Positions 1 to 9,108 are shown, numbered from the stretch's first letter. The stretch: 64,000 bases of DNA from an uncultured virus (IMG/VR IMGVR_UViG_3300042554_002206) (IMGVR_UViG_3300042554_002206), one strand, 5' to 3'. The notes: generated from the letters alone by a model not told the origin. Numbers and translations: made by a program.

Positions 1-11
1 GTGTTGACCGA

Positions 12-797
12 GTGGGGCAGACGGCGCTTTTTCATGTGAGATACGAGCAGACCCCTCCCCCAAAAAGGGGACCCCTCCCCCAAAAAGGGGACCCCCCAAA
101 AGGGGGACCCCCCCCCTCCCCCAAAAGGGGGACCCCCCCCCTCCCCCAAAAGGGGGACCCTAACAAGAGGGATTTAACAAGAGGAACTGAACAAGAATTA
201 GAACCCCCCTTACCCCCCAGCGGGGGGAGCGCACGGGAGGACCACCAGGAAGCGATGCCGGCTGAGCCCTTGGCCCAGATCACTGCGGTTCCCAATGCCC
301 AGGAAGGCGGTATCGTTGCCGAGCCACTACCACCGCCCAAACCCAAGCCCGTGAAGCCCCGCAAACCCAAGTTCACGCCGTCGGCCGATGACGTGCCGCT
401 AGACCTAGCCCCTGCAACCGCTGACCTCTTGGCATTCTGGCCAGCACGATCAGGCCAGATGACCCCGGCGGCATGGGACCGCATGACGAGCGAGGCCCGC
501 AAAATCTTGCAAGACCCGCGAGGGGGCATTGAAATCCTGCGCGGTCAACTGCAGGAGGGCATCGACGCCGGAATCGACGGCAAGCGCTGGCAGTCGTTGA
601 AGTTCAAAAATTGGGAGCAGTTTGGAACCAAAGCCGGCGGGCTGGTGAAAGCCTGGCCGGCTGCGAACCGCCGTTTTAACCAGGATGAAGCCGCTGCGCA
701 GGCCGTGGCCTACATCAAGGCCCGTGACTCTTGCAAGGCAGCCGCAGCAGCCGACATTGCATCTCAAGAGACCGTGCTATGCGAGGTGATCCGGTGA
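12..797 (+). CDS. Phage replication initiator (lambda O-like), probably 5'-truncated by the window edge
   Basis: Internal iteron-like repeats followed by a typical O-family linker (NKRDLTRGTEQELEPPLPP) and a helical C-terminal domain; first gene of a tightly coupled operon. Confidence 0.55.
   Translation: MGQTALFHVRYEQTPPPKRGPLPQKGDPPKGGPPPSPKRGTPPLPQKGDPNKRDLTRGTEQELEPPLPPSGGSAREDHQEAMPAEPLAQITAVPNAQEGGIVAEPLPPPKPKPVKPRKPKFTPSADDVPLDLAPATADLLAFWPARSGQMTPAAWDRMTSEARKILQDPRGGIEILRGQLQEGIDAGIDGKRWQSLKFKNWEQFGTKAGGLVKAWPAANRRFNQDEAAAQAVAYIKARDSCKAAAAADIASQETVLCEVIR
51..160. repeat. Iteron-like direct repeats (CCCCCAAAA[A]GGGGACCC, about 4-5 copies), putative replication origin
   Basis: Repeats visible directly inside the putative initiator gene, as with lambdoid ori. 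Confidence 0.55.
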
Positions 798-1561
798 TCG
801 AGGTTGAAGAATTTCAGGCATTCATGTCTGGGATGCAACAGCTAAACCCCATGGCAAAGACGCTCACCGCGTCAGCGCTCGTCACAGCCTGGGGCTTGTT
901 TCCGTCTCGCGCAAAGCTAGACCTTGACAGCGAAATGCTGCTTTACGCGGCTCAACAACTCACACTTGACCCTGACCGTCCCAGGGACATTGAGTTGCAT
1001 GTAGCAATAATGCGGTATCTGTACCCGGTGAGACGGTCCACCCGCACCGAGCGAGGGCAGGAGGTGGTTACTCTTCTGCCGCTCTACGAACGGGGCCTGC
1101 GGCATGACCTTGCCCATCGCATGGCAAACCCTGAGCAGTTTCACGAACTGGTCAGAACACTCCCGGAGTACACCCCAGCCGAAGTTCCCCGGCTTGCCCC
1201 TGGCGTCATTCAGAGCGGCGAGCTATGGCACCAGTGGACACCGGCCCAGTACCAAGCCCATGTGCAGGGTGTAGCGGATGCAGTGGCCAGGCTGCGGGCC
1301 AGTGGCACCGATGACACCGCCCTTATCAACGGGTCCATGGGTGACGGGTGGGTGATAGGCCAGCTTAAGCTTGGCCGCTGGTCATTTGAAAAAGCGCTAC
1401 AGGGTGTCTGGCCCATGGATTTTGAGGCGCACAAGCAAGCCGCTGCCTGGGTGCTGCGCAATCCCAAGTGGGCTGACGATCTGATCGCGCTGGCCCGTGG
1501 CGATGAACTCAAGCCGGTGGCGCCCGATCGGGTGGTGGCCGAGTTTCTGGGGGCAAGATGA
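794..1561 (+). CDS. Hypothetical protein, possibly replication accessory (helicase-loader position)
   Basis: GTGA overlap with the upstream stop and ATGA overlap with the next gene. Confidence 0.5.
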   Translation: MIEVEEFQAFMSGMQQLNPMAKTLTASALVTAWGLFPSRAKLDLDSEMLLYAAQQLTLDPDRPRDIELHVAIMRYLYPVRRSTRTERGQEVVTLLPLYERGLRHDLAHRMANPEQFHELVRTLPEYTPAEVPRLAPGVIQSGELWHQWTPAQYQAHVQGVADAVARLRASGTDDTALINGSMGDGWVIGQLKLGRWSFEKALQGVWPMDFEAHKQAAAWVLRNPKWADDLIALARGDELKPVAPDRVVAEFLGAR

Positions 1562-2163
1562 ATGAGCTGGCACTTTTCGCAGGCCATGGAGGCGGAATTC
1601 TTGGAGGCATTCTGTTGGGATGGCGAACCGTCTGCGCCGTCGAAATTGACGCCGCAGCCAGACAGCGACTCATGGTCCGCCAAGACGACGGCAGCCTGCC
1701 ACCATTCCCCATCTGGGACGACGTTTCCACCTTTGACGGCAAGCCCTGGGCTGGCCTTGTGGATGTCATCTCTGGCGGCTTCCCGTGCCAAGACATCAGC
1801 GTTGCCGGAAAGGGAGCAGGGCTTACCGGCGAGCGATCAGGGCTTTGGCGTCAATTTGCTCGGATCATTCGCGAGGTTCGACCCCGCTACGTGCTCGTGG
1901 AAAACTCCCCAGCTCTCACTGCTAGGGGGCTCAACATCGTTCTCGGGGACCTGGCCCAGATGGGGTTTGATGCGCGATGGGGTGTGCTGGGCGCAGTCCA
2001 TGCCGGCGCACCTCACAAGCGGGAGCGGATCTGGATTGTCGGCCAAGTTTCCGACCATCAGAGCGTCGGACGGGGGAGAGGGCGGTCGAGGGGATTTGAT
2101 TCAGGCGGTGCGGGGGAATCAAAACAGCCATTTCAAGCTGTGGCCAACACCAATAGTCCATGA
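1558..2163 (+). CDS. C5-cytosine DNA methyltransferase, N-terminal/catalytic part (motifs I-VIII)
   Basis: LFAGHGG (motif I), GGFPCQD (IV), ENS (VI), HKRERIW (VIII); stops before motifs IX-X. Confidence 0.9.
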   Translation: MNELALFAGHGGGILGGILLGWRTVCAVEIDAAARQRLMVRQDDGSLPPFPIWDDVSTFDGKPWAGLVDVISGGFPCQDISVAGKGAGLTGERSGLWRQFARIIREVRPRYVLVENSPALTARGLNIVLGDLAQMGFDARWGVLGAVHAGAPHKRERIWIVGQVSDHQSVGRGRGRSRGFDSGGAGESKQPFQAVANTNSP

Positions 2164-2920
2164 CAGCAAATCAATGGGCCCATCCGAGAAGGACAGAAAG
2201 ACTCCGTGCCTGGCTGCTTTGGTGAAATGGCCAACGCCAACGGTCTGCGGCAATCACAACCGCAAGGGGGCCAGTCCAACGAGCGGGAATGGATTGGCGA
2301 CGGCGGTGAGCAAGGAGGGATGCAGTGGTGGGCCGCTGAACCCGACCTGGGTGGAACTTTTGATGGGCTGGCCCGAAGAATGGACTTGCTCCAAGCCCAT
2401 TAGTCATGTAAAATACCTACAATGGCTTATGGAGAACTGCAATGATGAAGAAGCAAGAGTCCGAGAAGTGTTGCGAGTGTTGCGGTGCGGTCATGCTGCG
2501 GAAGAGGTATCACGGACGATTGGAAGACCTGTCGGCTTTCGAGAGGCGGCGGTTCTGCTCTCTGACCTGTGCGAACACGCGAACCGACCTGACCAAGCAT
2601 GGGTATTCATGGCGTGCGCGGAAGCACTTGAAAGCGACGTGCGAGGCATGTGGACACCCGCACAGGCTCCAGGCGCATCACATAAATCAGGACATCCGAG
2701 ACAACCGAACAGAGAACATCCAGACGCTTTGCAAGCATTGTCACGACTTTTGGCACACTACGGCAAAGCGGCGTGGCAGGACGGTAGCTGGGAGAATGCC
2801 GTCCCTCGTATAACGCACAAAATGGCCAATCGGGTGGACCGACTTAGAGGGCTTGGAAACGGGCAGGTTCCAGCAGTGGTGGCACTTGCATGGGAAACGC
2901 TGACATCGGGCAGCCGCTGA
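1562..2920 (+). CDS. Overlapping-frame ORF carrying C5-MTase TRD-like WPTP repeats and motifs IX-X (putative second subunit)
   Basis: WPTP repeats, LNPTWVELLMGWPEEWT (motif IX-like), RVDRLRGLGNGQVPAVVALAW (motif X); true start uncertain. Confidence 0.6.
   Translation: MSWHFSQAMEAEFLEAFCWDGEPSAPSKLTPQPDSDSWSAKTTAACHHSPSGTTFPPLTASPGLALWMSSLAASRAKTSALPEREQGLPASDQGFGVNLLGSFARFDPATCSWKTPQLSLLGGSTSFSGTWPRWGLMRDGVCWAQSMPAHLTSGSGSGLSAKFPTIRASDGGEGGRGDLIQAVRGNQNSHFKLWPTPIVHDSKSMGPSEKDRKTPCLAALVKWPTPTVCGNHNRKGASPTSGNGLATAVSKEGCSGGPLNPTWVELLMGWPEEWTCSKPISHVKYLQWLMENCNDEEARVREVLRVLRCGHAAEEVSRTIGRPVGFREAAVLLSDLCEHANRPDQAWVFMACAEALESDVRGMWTPAQAPGASHKSGHPRQPNREHPDALQALSRLLAHYGKAAWQDGSWENAVPRITHKMANRVDRLRGLGNGQVPAVVALAWETLTSGSR
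2442..2813 (+). CDS. HNH endonuclease with zinc-finger motifs, nested in the MTase locus
   Basis: CECCG, FCSLTC, CEACG...HHINQDIRDNRTENIQTLCKHCHDFWH. Confidence 0.8.
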   Translation: MMKKQESEKCCECCGAVMLRKRYHGRLEDLSAFERRRFCSLTCANTRTDLTKHGYSWRARKHLKATCEACGHPHRLQAHHINQDIRDNRTENIQTLCKHCHDFWHTTAKRRGRTVAGRMPSLV

Positions 2921-3024
2921 CCCTGCGCAACCGCCCCACGGCTTTACAAAAGCGGCATCAATGGCTTACGATTTAGAGACGGCAGCAGCCGACCACCACC
3001 ACCTCAATCACCACCTCAATCGAA

Positions 3025-3294
3025 ATGACAGCACTTGCTGATCGCATCGCACACCTTGAGCAGGGGCTCCTAGAGCAGCCTCCCGCCGCCCAGGCATGGG
3101 ACAACCTCTTGGCCCGCGTCAGCGCCTTGGAGGACCGCCTACTCGCCCCTGACGACCAGCCCACCGCCGACCAGCTCAGCCACACGGTCCTACAGGCCGA
3201 GTATGACGCCTGGCAGCGCGTCAACCTCGGCGCCGATGTCGTCGACTGGACGCTGCACTTCGCCCGCACACGCGGTCTGGGGGTGGCAGCGTGA
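3025..3294 (+). CDS. Hypothetical protein
   Basis: ORF after a TACGAT -10-like box; overlaps the next ORF. Confidence 0.5.
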   Translation: MTALADRIAHLEQGLLEQPPAAQAWDNLLARVSALEDRLLAPDDQPTADQLSHTVLQAEYDAWQRVNLGADVVDWTLHFARTRGLGVAA

Positions 3295-3701
3295 ACTGGT
3301 TGCAACGGTTGATCCCACCCCGCCTACCTGATGGCCTGGCTGACCTGCCGCTGTTGACAACTGAGATGTTGGATGGCGCTGCAGCACCCTTAGCCCCGGT
3401 TGAGATGCCGAGCGACGAGTTGATGGAGATATGTAGGCGGGCCGCGTTTGCTGAGTACCGGGCCAACGCCAAGCCCACCTGGCGTACGACTGCCCTGCTG
3501 ACCATGGCCTGGGCCCGGCAGCAGCAGGCCCAATCCCTCAAGCTTCCACCGCCCGGCGCCGATCCGGTGGCGACGGATGAAGATCTGCTGAAGGTTTTGG
3601 ATCCCATCGAGTGGGCTGATGACGCACGCCGCGCCCTTTACGACCGTGGCCGCGCAGACGAGCGCACCGCGATCCTGCGGGCGCTGGGGGTGGAGCCATG
3701 A
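3291..3701 (+). CDS. Hypothetical protein
   Basis: Start/stop overlaps on both sides. Confidence 0.55.
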   Translation: MNWLQRLIPPRLPDGLADLPLLTTEMLDGAAAPLAPVEMPSDELMEICRRAAFAEYRANAKPTWRTTALLTMAWARQQQAQSLKLPPPGADPVATDEDLLKVLDPIEWADDARRALYDRGRADERTAILRALGVEP

Positions 3702-4138
3702 GCCGCCTCTACCAAGACGACTACTACGACTTCGAGCCCTGGATGGAAGGCCAGCAGGCCGGGGCCTTGCAATCCGCCATCCGTGGCCAGCGTGGTCAGC
3801 GGCTGCTGCGCGATTTGGTGGCGGGGCTCGACGCTTTGCCCACCCCCGAGCTATCCGCTGGGGCCCTGGAGGATGAAGCGACCGGCTGTTGCTGCGCATT
3901 TGGGGCGGTTCGCCGCTACCGGGGGGCGGCAGCTGTGCCGCTGTGGTTCGACCCGATGGAGGAAGACCTCGATCCCCCGCATTTTGCGGAGCCGTTCGAC
4001 GTTGCCCCGGCACTGGCCTGGGAAGTTGTTTTGGCCAATGAAGGTTGGTCGGATAGCAACAATGAAGCCGCCCGTCGCCAGCGATGGGAGAGGGTTCGGG
4101 CCTGGGCTGTCAGTCACCTGGCGGGTGTGAAGCCATGA
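3698..4138 (+). CDS. Conserved-looking phage hypothetical protein
   Basis: ATGA coupling; AIRGQRGQRLLRDLVAGLDALP...CAFG...RWERVRAW pattern. Confidence 0.6.
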   Translation: MSRLYQDDYYDFEPWMEGQQAGALQSAIRGQRGQRLLRDLVAGLDALPTPELSAGALEDEATGCCCAFGAVRRYRGAAAVPLWFDPMEEDLDPPHFAEPFDVAPALAWEVVLANEGWSDSNNEAARRQRWERVRAWAVSHLAGVKP

Positions 4139-4515
4139 TCAAACGCGCCCTGGCTGAGCAGTTCCATCAAAAGGTGATGGACGGCATCAAGGTCAGCACC
4201 ATCCGGCCAAACCCATGGCCATTGGGTGCCCCGATTCAGTTGTTTCATTGGGAAGATAAACCCTACCGGAGCAAACATGTAAACGGCCCGGCTGTAATTG
4301 CTCGCAGTGCGGATCCGATAACGATAGCCAACGATGCAACAGGCGCAATTAGCTATCATTTGGCAGGCGACGATTTACGCCATGCGATTACAGATTTATA
4401 TGTGATCGAGGGGTTTGACAGCCAAGAAAAAATGGACACTTGGTTCCGTCGATTAGTAAAGCCTACCCAAACAATTCACCAGTATCAAATGTTGTTTTCT
4501 TTGATCAAACCATGA
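4135..4515 (+). CDS. ASCH/PUA-like domain protein
   Basis: GIKVSTIR (GxKxxTxR-like) near the N-terminus and EGF near the C-terminus. Confidence 0.55.
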   Translation: MIKRALAEQFHQKVMDGIKVSTIRPNPWPLGAPIQLFHWEDKPYRSKHVNGPAVIARSADPITIANDATGAISYHLAGDDLRHAITDLYVIEGFDSQEKMDTWFRRLVKPTQTIHQYQMLFSLIKP

Positions 4516-5039
4516 CCGGCCCCTGCTACTTCCCCCGATCACCCAGACCGCCAGGCAAGTCCCAACCAGCGCCAACCTTTCACACCCTCACCCTCTGGCT
4601 GACCCCCTGGCGGACGATCCGCAGGCTTGAGGCGGAGAATCAGCAACTGCGAGAGCAGGCCGTTCTAAGGGCCGCGACCAATCAAGAGTTGTCGATTATG
4701 GCGGAATCAAGGCGGTTAAAAATTGAAGCCCTAGCTGGCCCAGCCTATCGCCTCCGGAAATGCCGCACACACGGGCAGCAACCACCTAACGCCTGGGGCT
4801 GCCCAGAATGCGTGCGGGAACTGCGAGGGGAACTGGCGACGGCCAGGGAGGCGCTGCGGCGGTTGTCGCAATGGGCCGACCGGCCCTTTGCCAAGGGTTG
4901 GGACGCAGAGGTTGCGTTTGACGCTGCAGATTGGATTCTTTCAGGCATGACCGGCCCCCTGCCGCCCCTGCCCGATCACATGGTCAACTGCCAACCCACC
5001 ACCACTGAAGATCAACTCACCACCGAGGACCAACCATGA
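4512..5039 (+). CDS. Hypothetical protein (coiled coil plus CxxH/CxxC)
   Basis: ATGA coupling on both sides. Confidence 0.5.
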   Translation: MTGPCYFPRSPRPPGKSQPAPTFHTLTLWLTPWRTIRRLEAENQQLREQAVLRAATNQELSIMAESRRLKIEALAGPAYRLRKCRTHGQQPPNAWGCPECVRELRGELATAREALRRLSQWADRPFAKGWDAEVAFDAADWILSGMTGPLPPLPDHMVNCQPTTTEDQLTTEDQP

Positions 5040-6064
5040 CCATTGATTCCAGCCGCGCCGGCTTTGAGTTTGCCGTGCAGTTTGTCCGCTCTCAAAACGA
5101 CCGAGCCCTATTCGCTAGTGCCACAATCGTATTAGCCGAGCTGGCAGGGATTGACGCCGATCCTCAGCTCCCAGCAACTGCAGCAGCTAAACCGACAGCA
5201 GACCTAATCCCGCTGGCGTTTATTCCTGCTGGCAGCTTCTTGATGGGTTCCCCCGAGCACGAGCCTCACCGATCAAAAACTGAAGGCCCCCAGCATGAGG
5301 TAACACTGGCCGCCTTCTGGATGGCCAAGACACCGATCACCCAGGCACAGTGGCGTGAGGTTGCAAGTTGGCCACGGGTCGAACGCCACCTTGTCTCCGA
5401 TCCCTCGCACTTCAAGGGCGACAATCGCCCAGTGGAGCAGGTGAGCTGGCACGATGCAATGGAATTTTGCCATCGCCTCAGCCAACGCACCGGCAAGAAG
5501 TACACCCTCCCCAGCGAAGCCCAGTGGGAGTACGTCTGCCGCGCTGGCACTACCACACCGTTTCATTTTGGGCCCACGATCAGCACGGAAGTGGCAAATT
5601 ACGACGGCAATTACACGTACGGCCAGGGTTCGAAGGGCATCTATCGCGAGCAGACCACCGATGTAGCCAGCTTCCCTGATAACGCCTGGGGCCTGCATGA
5701 CATGCACGGCAATGTCTGGGAGTGGTGCCTCGATGAATGGCACGAGAGTTATGAAGGGGCGCCGACGGATGGCAGTGCCTGGACAGAGGGCGACAGCCTG
5801 GGGGAGTCGTCAGCCGCCGCCTGCTGCGCGGCGGGTCGTGGCACTCCCACCCCGCGAGCTGCCATTTGGCCTACCGCGACGGCAACCGCCCGGACGTCCG
5901 CAGCGGCAGCATCGGTTTCCGCGTCTGTTGCCTCTGATGCCAGCCGCCTGCTGCGCGGCGGGTCGTGGCACTCCCACCCCGCGGACTGCCGTTCGGCCTA
6001 CCGCGACGGCAACCGCCCGGACGTCCGCAGCGGCAGCATCGGTTTCCGCGTCTGTTGCCTCTGA
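5036..6064 (+). CDS. FGE-sulfatase (SUMF1)/C-type lectin-fold protein of the DGR-target type
   Basis: IPAGSFLMGSP, PVEQVSWHDA, LPSEAQWEY, NAWGLHDMHGNVWEWC, RGGSW...CRSAYR...GFRV. Confidence 0.9.
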   Translation: MTIDSSRAGFEFAVQFVRSQNDRALFASATIVLAELAGIDADPQLPATAAAKPTADLIPLAFIPAGSFLMGSPEHEPHRSKTEGPQHEVTLAAFWMAKTPITQAQWREVASWPRVERHLVSDPSHFKGDNRPVEQVSWHDAMEFCHRLSQRTGKKYTLPSEAQWEYVCRAGTTTPFHFGPTISTEVANYDGNYTYGQGSKGIYREQTTDVASFPDNAWGLHDMHGNVWEWCLDEWHESYEGAPTDGSAWTEGDSLGESSAAACCAAGRGTPTPRAAIWPTATATARTSAAAASVSASVASDASRLLRGGSWHSHPADCRSAYRDGNRPDVRSGSIGFRVCCL

Positions 6065-6200
6065 TGCCAGCCGCCTGCTGCGCGGCGGGTCGTGGCACCT
6101 CCTCCCCGCGGACTGCCGTTCGGCCTACCGCGACGGCAACCACCCGGACAACCGCGGCAACGTCATCGGTTTCCGCGTCTGTTGCCTCCCCCAGGACTAA
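5818..6200 (+). repeat. Three tandem 127-bp copies of a DGR-like variable region (starts 5818, 5945, 6072)
   Basis: Each copy encodes RLLRGGSWxxxPAxCxxAYRDGNxPDxRxxxIGFRVCCL in a different frame. Confidence 0.9.
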
Positions 6201-6246
6201 TTCTTTACACTTTTACCCTTTAATTCTTTACACTTGGCCGTTGGTT

Positions 6247-6891
6247 ATGAGTTTACTTCCACTTCCCATCCAAACCCTGACTTGGCTCAAACAGGCCGCA
6301 GATAGCGGCCAGCGGGACGCTCAGGTTTTGCTGCACCTGTGCGCCCGCGCCGATAAGCGTGATAACGATGTTGCAGTATTCGTGGACAGCTATTCCAGCA
6401 CCATTGCCGCGCTCTGCCGCCGGCTGGAGGCGCTGGAGCGTGGGGCTAGTGATCGCTCAATTGCGGATACCCCGGCAGAAGACGCCCCAGTGGATGCCGC
6501 CCCGGTTGCAGCTGTCCTGATCAAGGCCGAATCCGCGCTGGCAGACGTTGCCGAGGGGGAAATTGGGCGTTTGTGCTCTGCCACTGAAAAAGTCACATGG
6601 GCCGAGCTGCGCTGCACCGAAGCCCTCGCCGCCATCCGCCCGGTGATGCGGCGGTACGGGATCCAAACATCGGAATTAGCACCGGCGCCAACACCGCCGC
6701 CTGCCGACCCTGCCGAGAGGCTGGTGGAAAGGGTGGCGAGCGCAATGGGCCCGTCTACCCAGGCAGCCATGGACGCCGGAGAGCTGCCCTTCGGCAACGC
6801 CTACGCCGCGAGTCGTGAGGTAGCCGACTGGCTCGACACGCAGGGGCACCAATCCGGCGCCAATGCTGTGCGCTGCGAGCTGTGCAGATGA
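6247..6891 (+). CDS. Hypothetical protein
   Basis: ATG after a pyrimidine-rich spacer; 3' part of ORF 5965..6891. Confidence 0.5.
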   Translation: MSLLPLPIQTLTWLKQAADSGQRDAQVLLHLCARADKRDNDVAVFVDSYSSTIAALCRRLEALERGASDRSIADTPAEDAPVDAAPVAAVLIKAESALADVAEGEIGRLCSATEKVTWAELRCTEALAAIRPVMRRYGIQTSELAPAPTPPPADPAERLVERVASAMGPSTQAAMDAGELPFGNAYAASREVADWLDTQGHQSGANAVRCELCR

Positions 6892-8375
6892 CCGCGCCCG
6901 ATCGAATCCAAATTACCCATCGACCCAGAACCATGACCACTGATTCCGCCGACTGTGCATTGTCCCAACCCTCACCAGAAACTTCCGCAACCGGGGCGTT
7001 GACGGACATTCAGTTATGGGAATTATTACCTAAGCGCCTAGAGCAAAACCTCTTGGCAATGGTCCAGATTGCGGCACCCCACCACAATTTGAGGCCAGTT
7101 GATCTGCTGCAAAACATAGCGCCTGATTTTGTTGATTATGCCCGCGCCGTCCTGAAGGCTAAGCCACAAGCGGAAAGGCCAAGCGAAAAGGATCTCTACG
7201 ACCTGGCGGCGGAGTTTAACGGCGACCCGGTGCCGGCGATGCGCCGTGCGTTGGAGCTGTGGGGCAACCCGCTGCAGGGGGCTCCAGCGCCTGGGGAAAA
7301 CCTGGCCACCCCGTCAGCGCCGGAGGCGGGGGAGGTCATGAACAATTTAAAACCCTGCCCGTTTTGCGGAAGCGCCGCCACCCTTGAGGATCATCGCCTG
7401 CTATGGGTTGCCCGCTGCACCAGCTGCGGCGCCTGCGTCCTGGGTGATCGTGCCCCGGAGCCCGAGCAGGAGATGCCATCGGCCTATTGGGAGCCGTTCA
7501 GGCAATCCGCTGTGGATCGGTGGAATCAACGCGCCACCCCCCCAGCGCCGGAGAAGGGGGAGGTGGGGGAGCTGCATCCGTTGTGGTATTTGGTCGAGTT
7601 CTTGGAAGGTCACTCTTCTTTTCTCCAGCGAACAGACCCAACGGACGAGCTGGCCCAGATACTTTCCGATTCTGCCACCCTGCTCCAGCAGCAGGAGGCC
7701 GAGCTGGCCGCCCTGCGAGGGGTGCCGGTGCCAGTGAGTGAGCGGCTGCGGATCGTGAGGGCTGGCATCCGCGCCGGCTACAACCTGGGCCACCACCACA
7801 CCGTTGAGGGCGGCTGGGGGGATCCCGATGAAGTCGCCGACGACATTGCGCAGGAAACTCTCGATGACATTGGCCTACCCCCAGCGCCTCAATGCCTTAT
7901 CGCCCGCATGGCTGATGAGCTGGACCGTTTACAGCCACTGCCAGCCTTCCCGCCCATCACCTCCCATCCCCTCGCCATAGAGGCTCGCGCACTGCTGAGA
8001 GACGGCATTGCCACCATCCCAGATCCCCAGGATGGGGAGGCGGGGGAGCCGGTGCCGGTGGCCGAGCTTGACGACCAACACCGCGAGGCGGTCCACCAAG
8101 CCGTAGCAGAGGCACTGGGCAGCGGGGCCTATGACTGTCTGCGCGTATGGGAGGCATGGGGCGTCGGAACGATGGGCCCAGATGATTTTGTGCCGGTGGC
8201 CGAAGACAGCGACCGCGTGGCCGAGATTGCCGATGCCGCCATTGAAGCGATCCAGGCGATCCCCTTGCTCCCGGCCGGGGAGGTGGCCGTGCCGGAGCCG
8301 GTAAGTGAGTGCCCACATTGCGGCTATGAAGGCGAGATGGTGCCAGTGACCCAGGCTGGGGAGGTGGAGGCGTGA
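6882..8375 (+). CDS. Mosaic multi-domain protein with a Lar (restriction alleviation)-like zinc finger
   Basis: LKPCPFCGS...CTSCGA...WNQR motif; modules joined by Pro-rich linkers. Confidence 0.6.
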   Translation: MQMTAPDRIQITHRPRTMTTDSADCALSQPSPETSATGALTDIQLWELLPKRLEQNLLAMVQIAAPHHNLRPVDLLQNIAPDFVDYARAVLKAKPQAERPSEKDLYDLAAEFNGDPVPAMRRALELWGNPLQGAPAPGENLATPSAPEAGEVMNNLKPCPFCGSAATLEDHRLLWVARCTSCGACVLGDRAPEPEQEMPSAYWEPFRQSAVDRWNQRATPPAPEKGEVGELHPLWYLVEFLEGHSSFLQRTDPTDELAQILSDSATLLQQQEAELAALRGVPVPVSERLRIVRAGIRAGYNLGHHHTVEGGWGDPDEVADDIAQETLDDIGLPPAPQCLIARMADELDRLQPLPAFPPITSHPLAIEARALLRDGIATIPDPQDGEAGEPVPVAELDDQHREAVHQAVAEALGSGAYDCLRVWEAWGVGTMGPDDFVPVAEDSDRVAEIADAAIEAIQAIPLLPAGEVAVPEPVSECPHCGYEGEMVPVTQAGEVEA

Positions 8376-8641
8376 TGTTAGTTCAAATTCCAACACTGGC
8401 CGACGCTTATTTTTCGATCGCAAAATGGGCTTATTGGCGTTACGCAAGGGGAATGGTGGCCAGCAATAGAAAGCCGGTCGGCGTGCCAGGCAACCGGGAC
8501 CCAGACAGCCCCTGCCCGGCATTTGAGCCCCGCCCCCGCAAGCTGGAAGACTTTGCCGATTGCGAAACAGATGGACATTACCTGTGCTCTGAGTGTTGCC
8601 ACAGAGTGTCAGCGCCGGCATGGGGGGAGGTGGAGGCGTGA
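8372..8641 (+). CDS. Hypothetical Cys-rich protein
   Basis: GGAGG RBS, coupled; CETDGHYLCSEC. Confidence 0.55.
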   Translation: MMLVQIPTLADAYFSIAKWAYWRYARGMVASNRKPVGVPGNRDPDSPCPAFEPRPRKLEDFADCETDGHYLCSECCHRVSAPAWGEVEA

Positions 8642-8889
8642 GCGATTACAAAACCGTAAAGACCAGCCGCGAAGTCTGGGCCGTTATTCGTGCTTGTCAT
8701 CCTGAACTTGTGCCGTTTGGTACTGCATCATCTGAAGGTGACATGTTTACAAGTTATGGATTCCCTGCTGCCGATTTTCCACTAATAGAGGCTAGGACTA
8801 CGTGGGAACTTGACCCAGACAGACCAAGCCACCGCATCAATGAACAAAGCCTTTTCTGGCTCTGTATCCCAATCAAAGAAAAACCATGA
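8638..8889 (+). CDS. Hypothetical protein
   Basis: GGAGG RBS, GTGA coupling. Confidence 0.5.
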   Translation: MSDYKTVKTSREVWAVIRACHPELVPFGTASSEGDMFTSYGFPAADFPLIEARTTWELDPDRPSHRINEQSLFWLCIPIKEKP

Positions 8890-9108
8890 GCACCCCCAAG
8901 AGCCTTGACACCCTGGCAATCCTGGCCGCCTTCAGAGACAGCTCAACCCTGAACGAGGCCGTTGCTCAGGGCTTCAGGGCCCTAGCGCTGCTCAAGTCGG
9001 ACGAACCCCTCGCGCCGGATCGGCTATTCCGCATCGCTGACGAGCTAGACCCGTGACTGCGCATTGCCAACCACCCCATCAACCACCACCTAATTCTCGC
9101 CAGTCGTC

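Noticed and set aside
5818..6200. Complete DGR with copy 3 as template repeat
   Set aside because: Copy 3 lacks A at several variable sites (CTC CTC, GGC, GTC) and carries the natural C-terminus; no RT or Avd gene is recognisable in the window.
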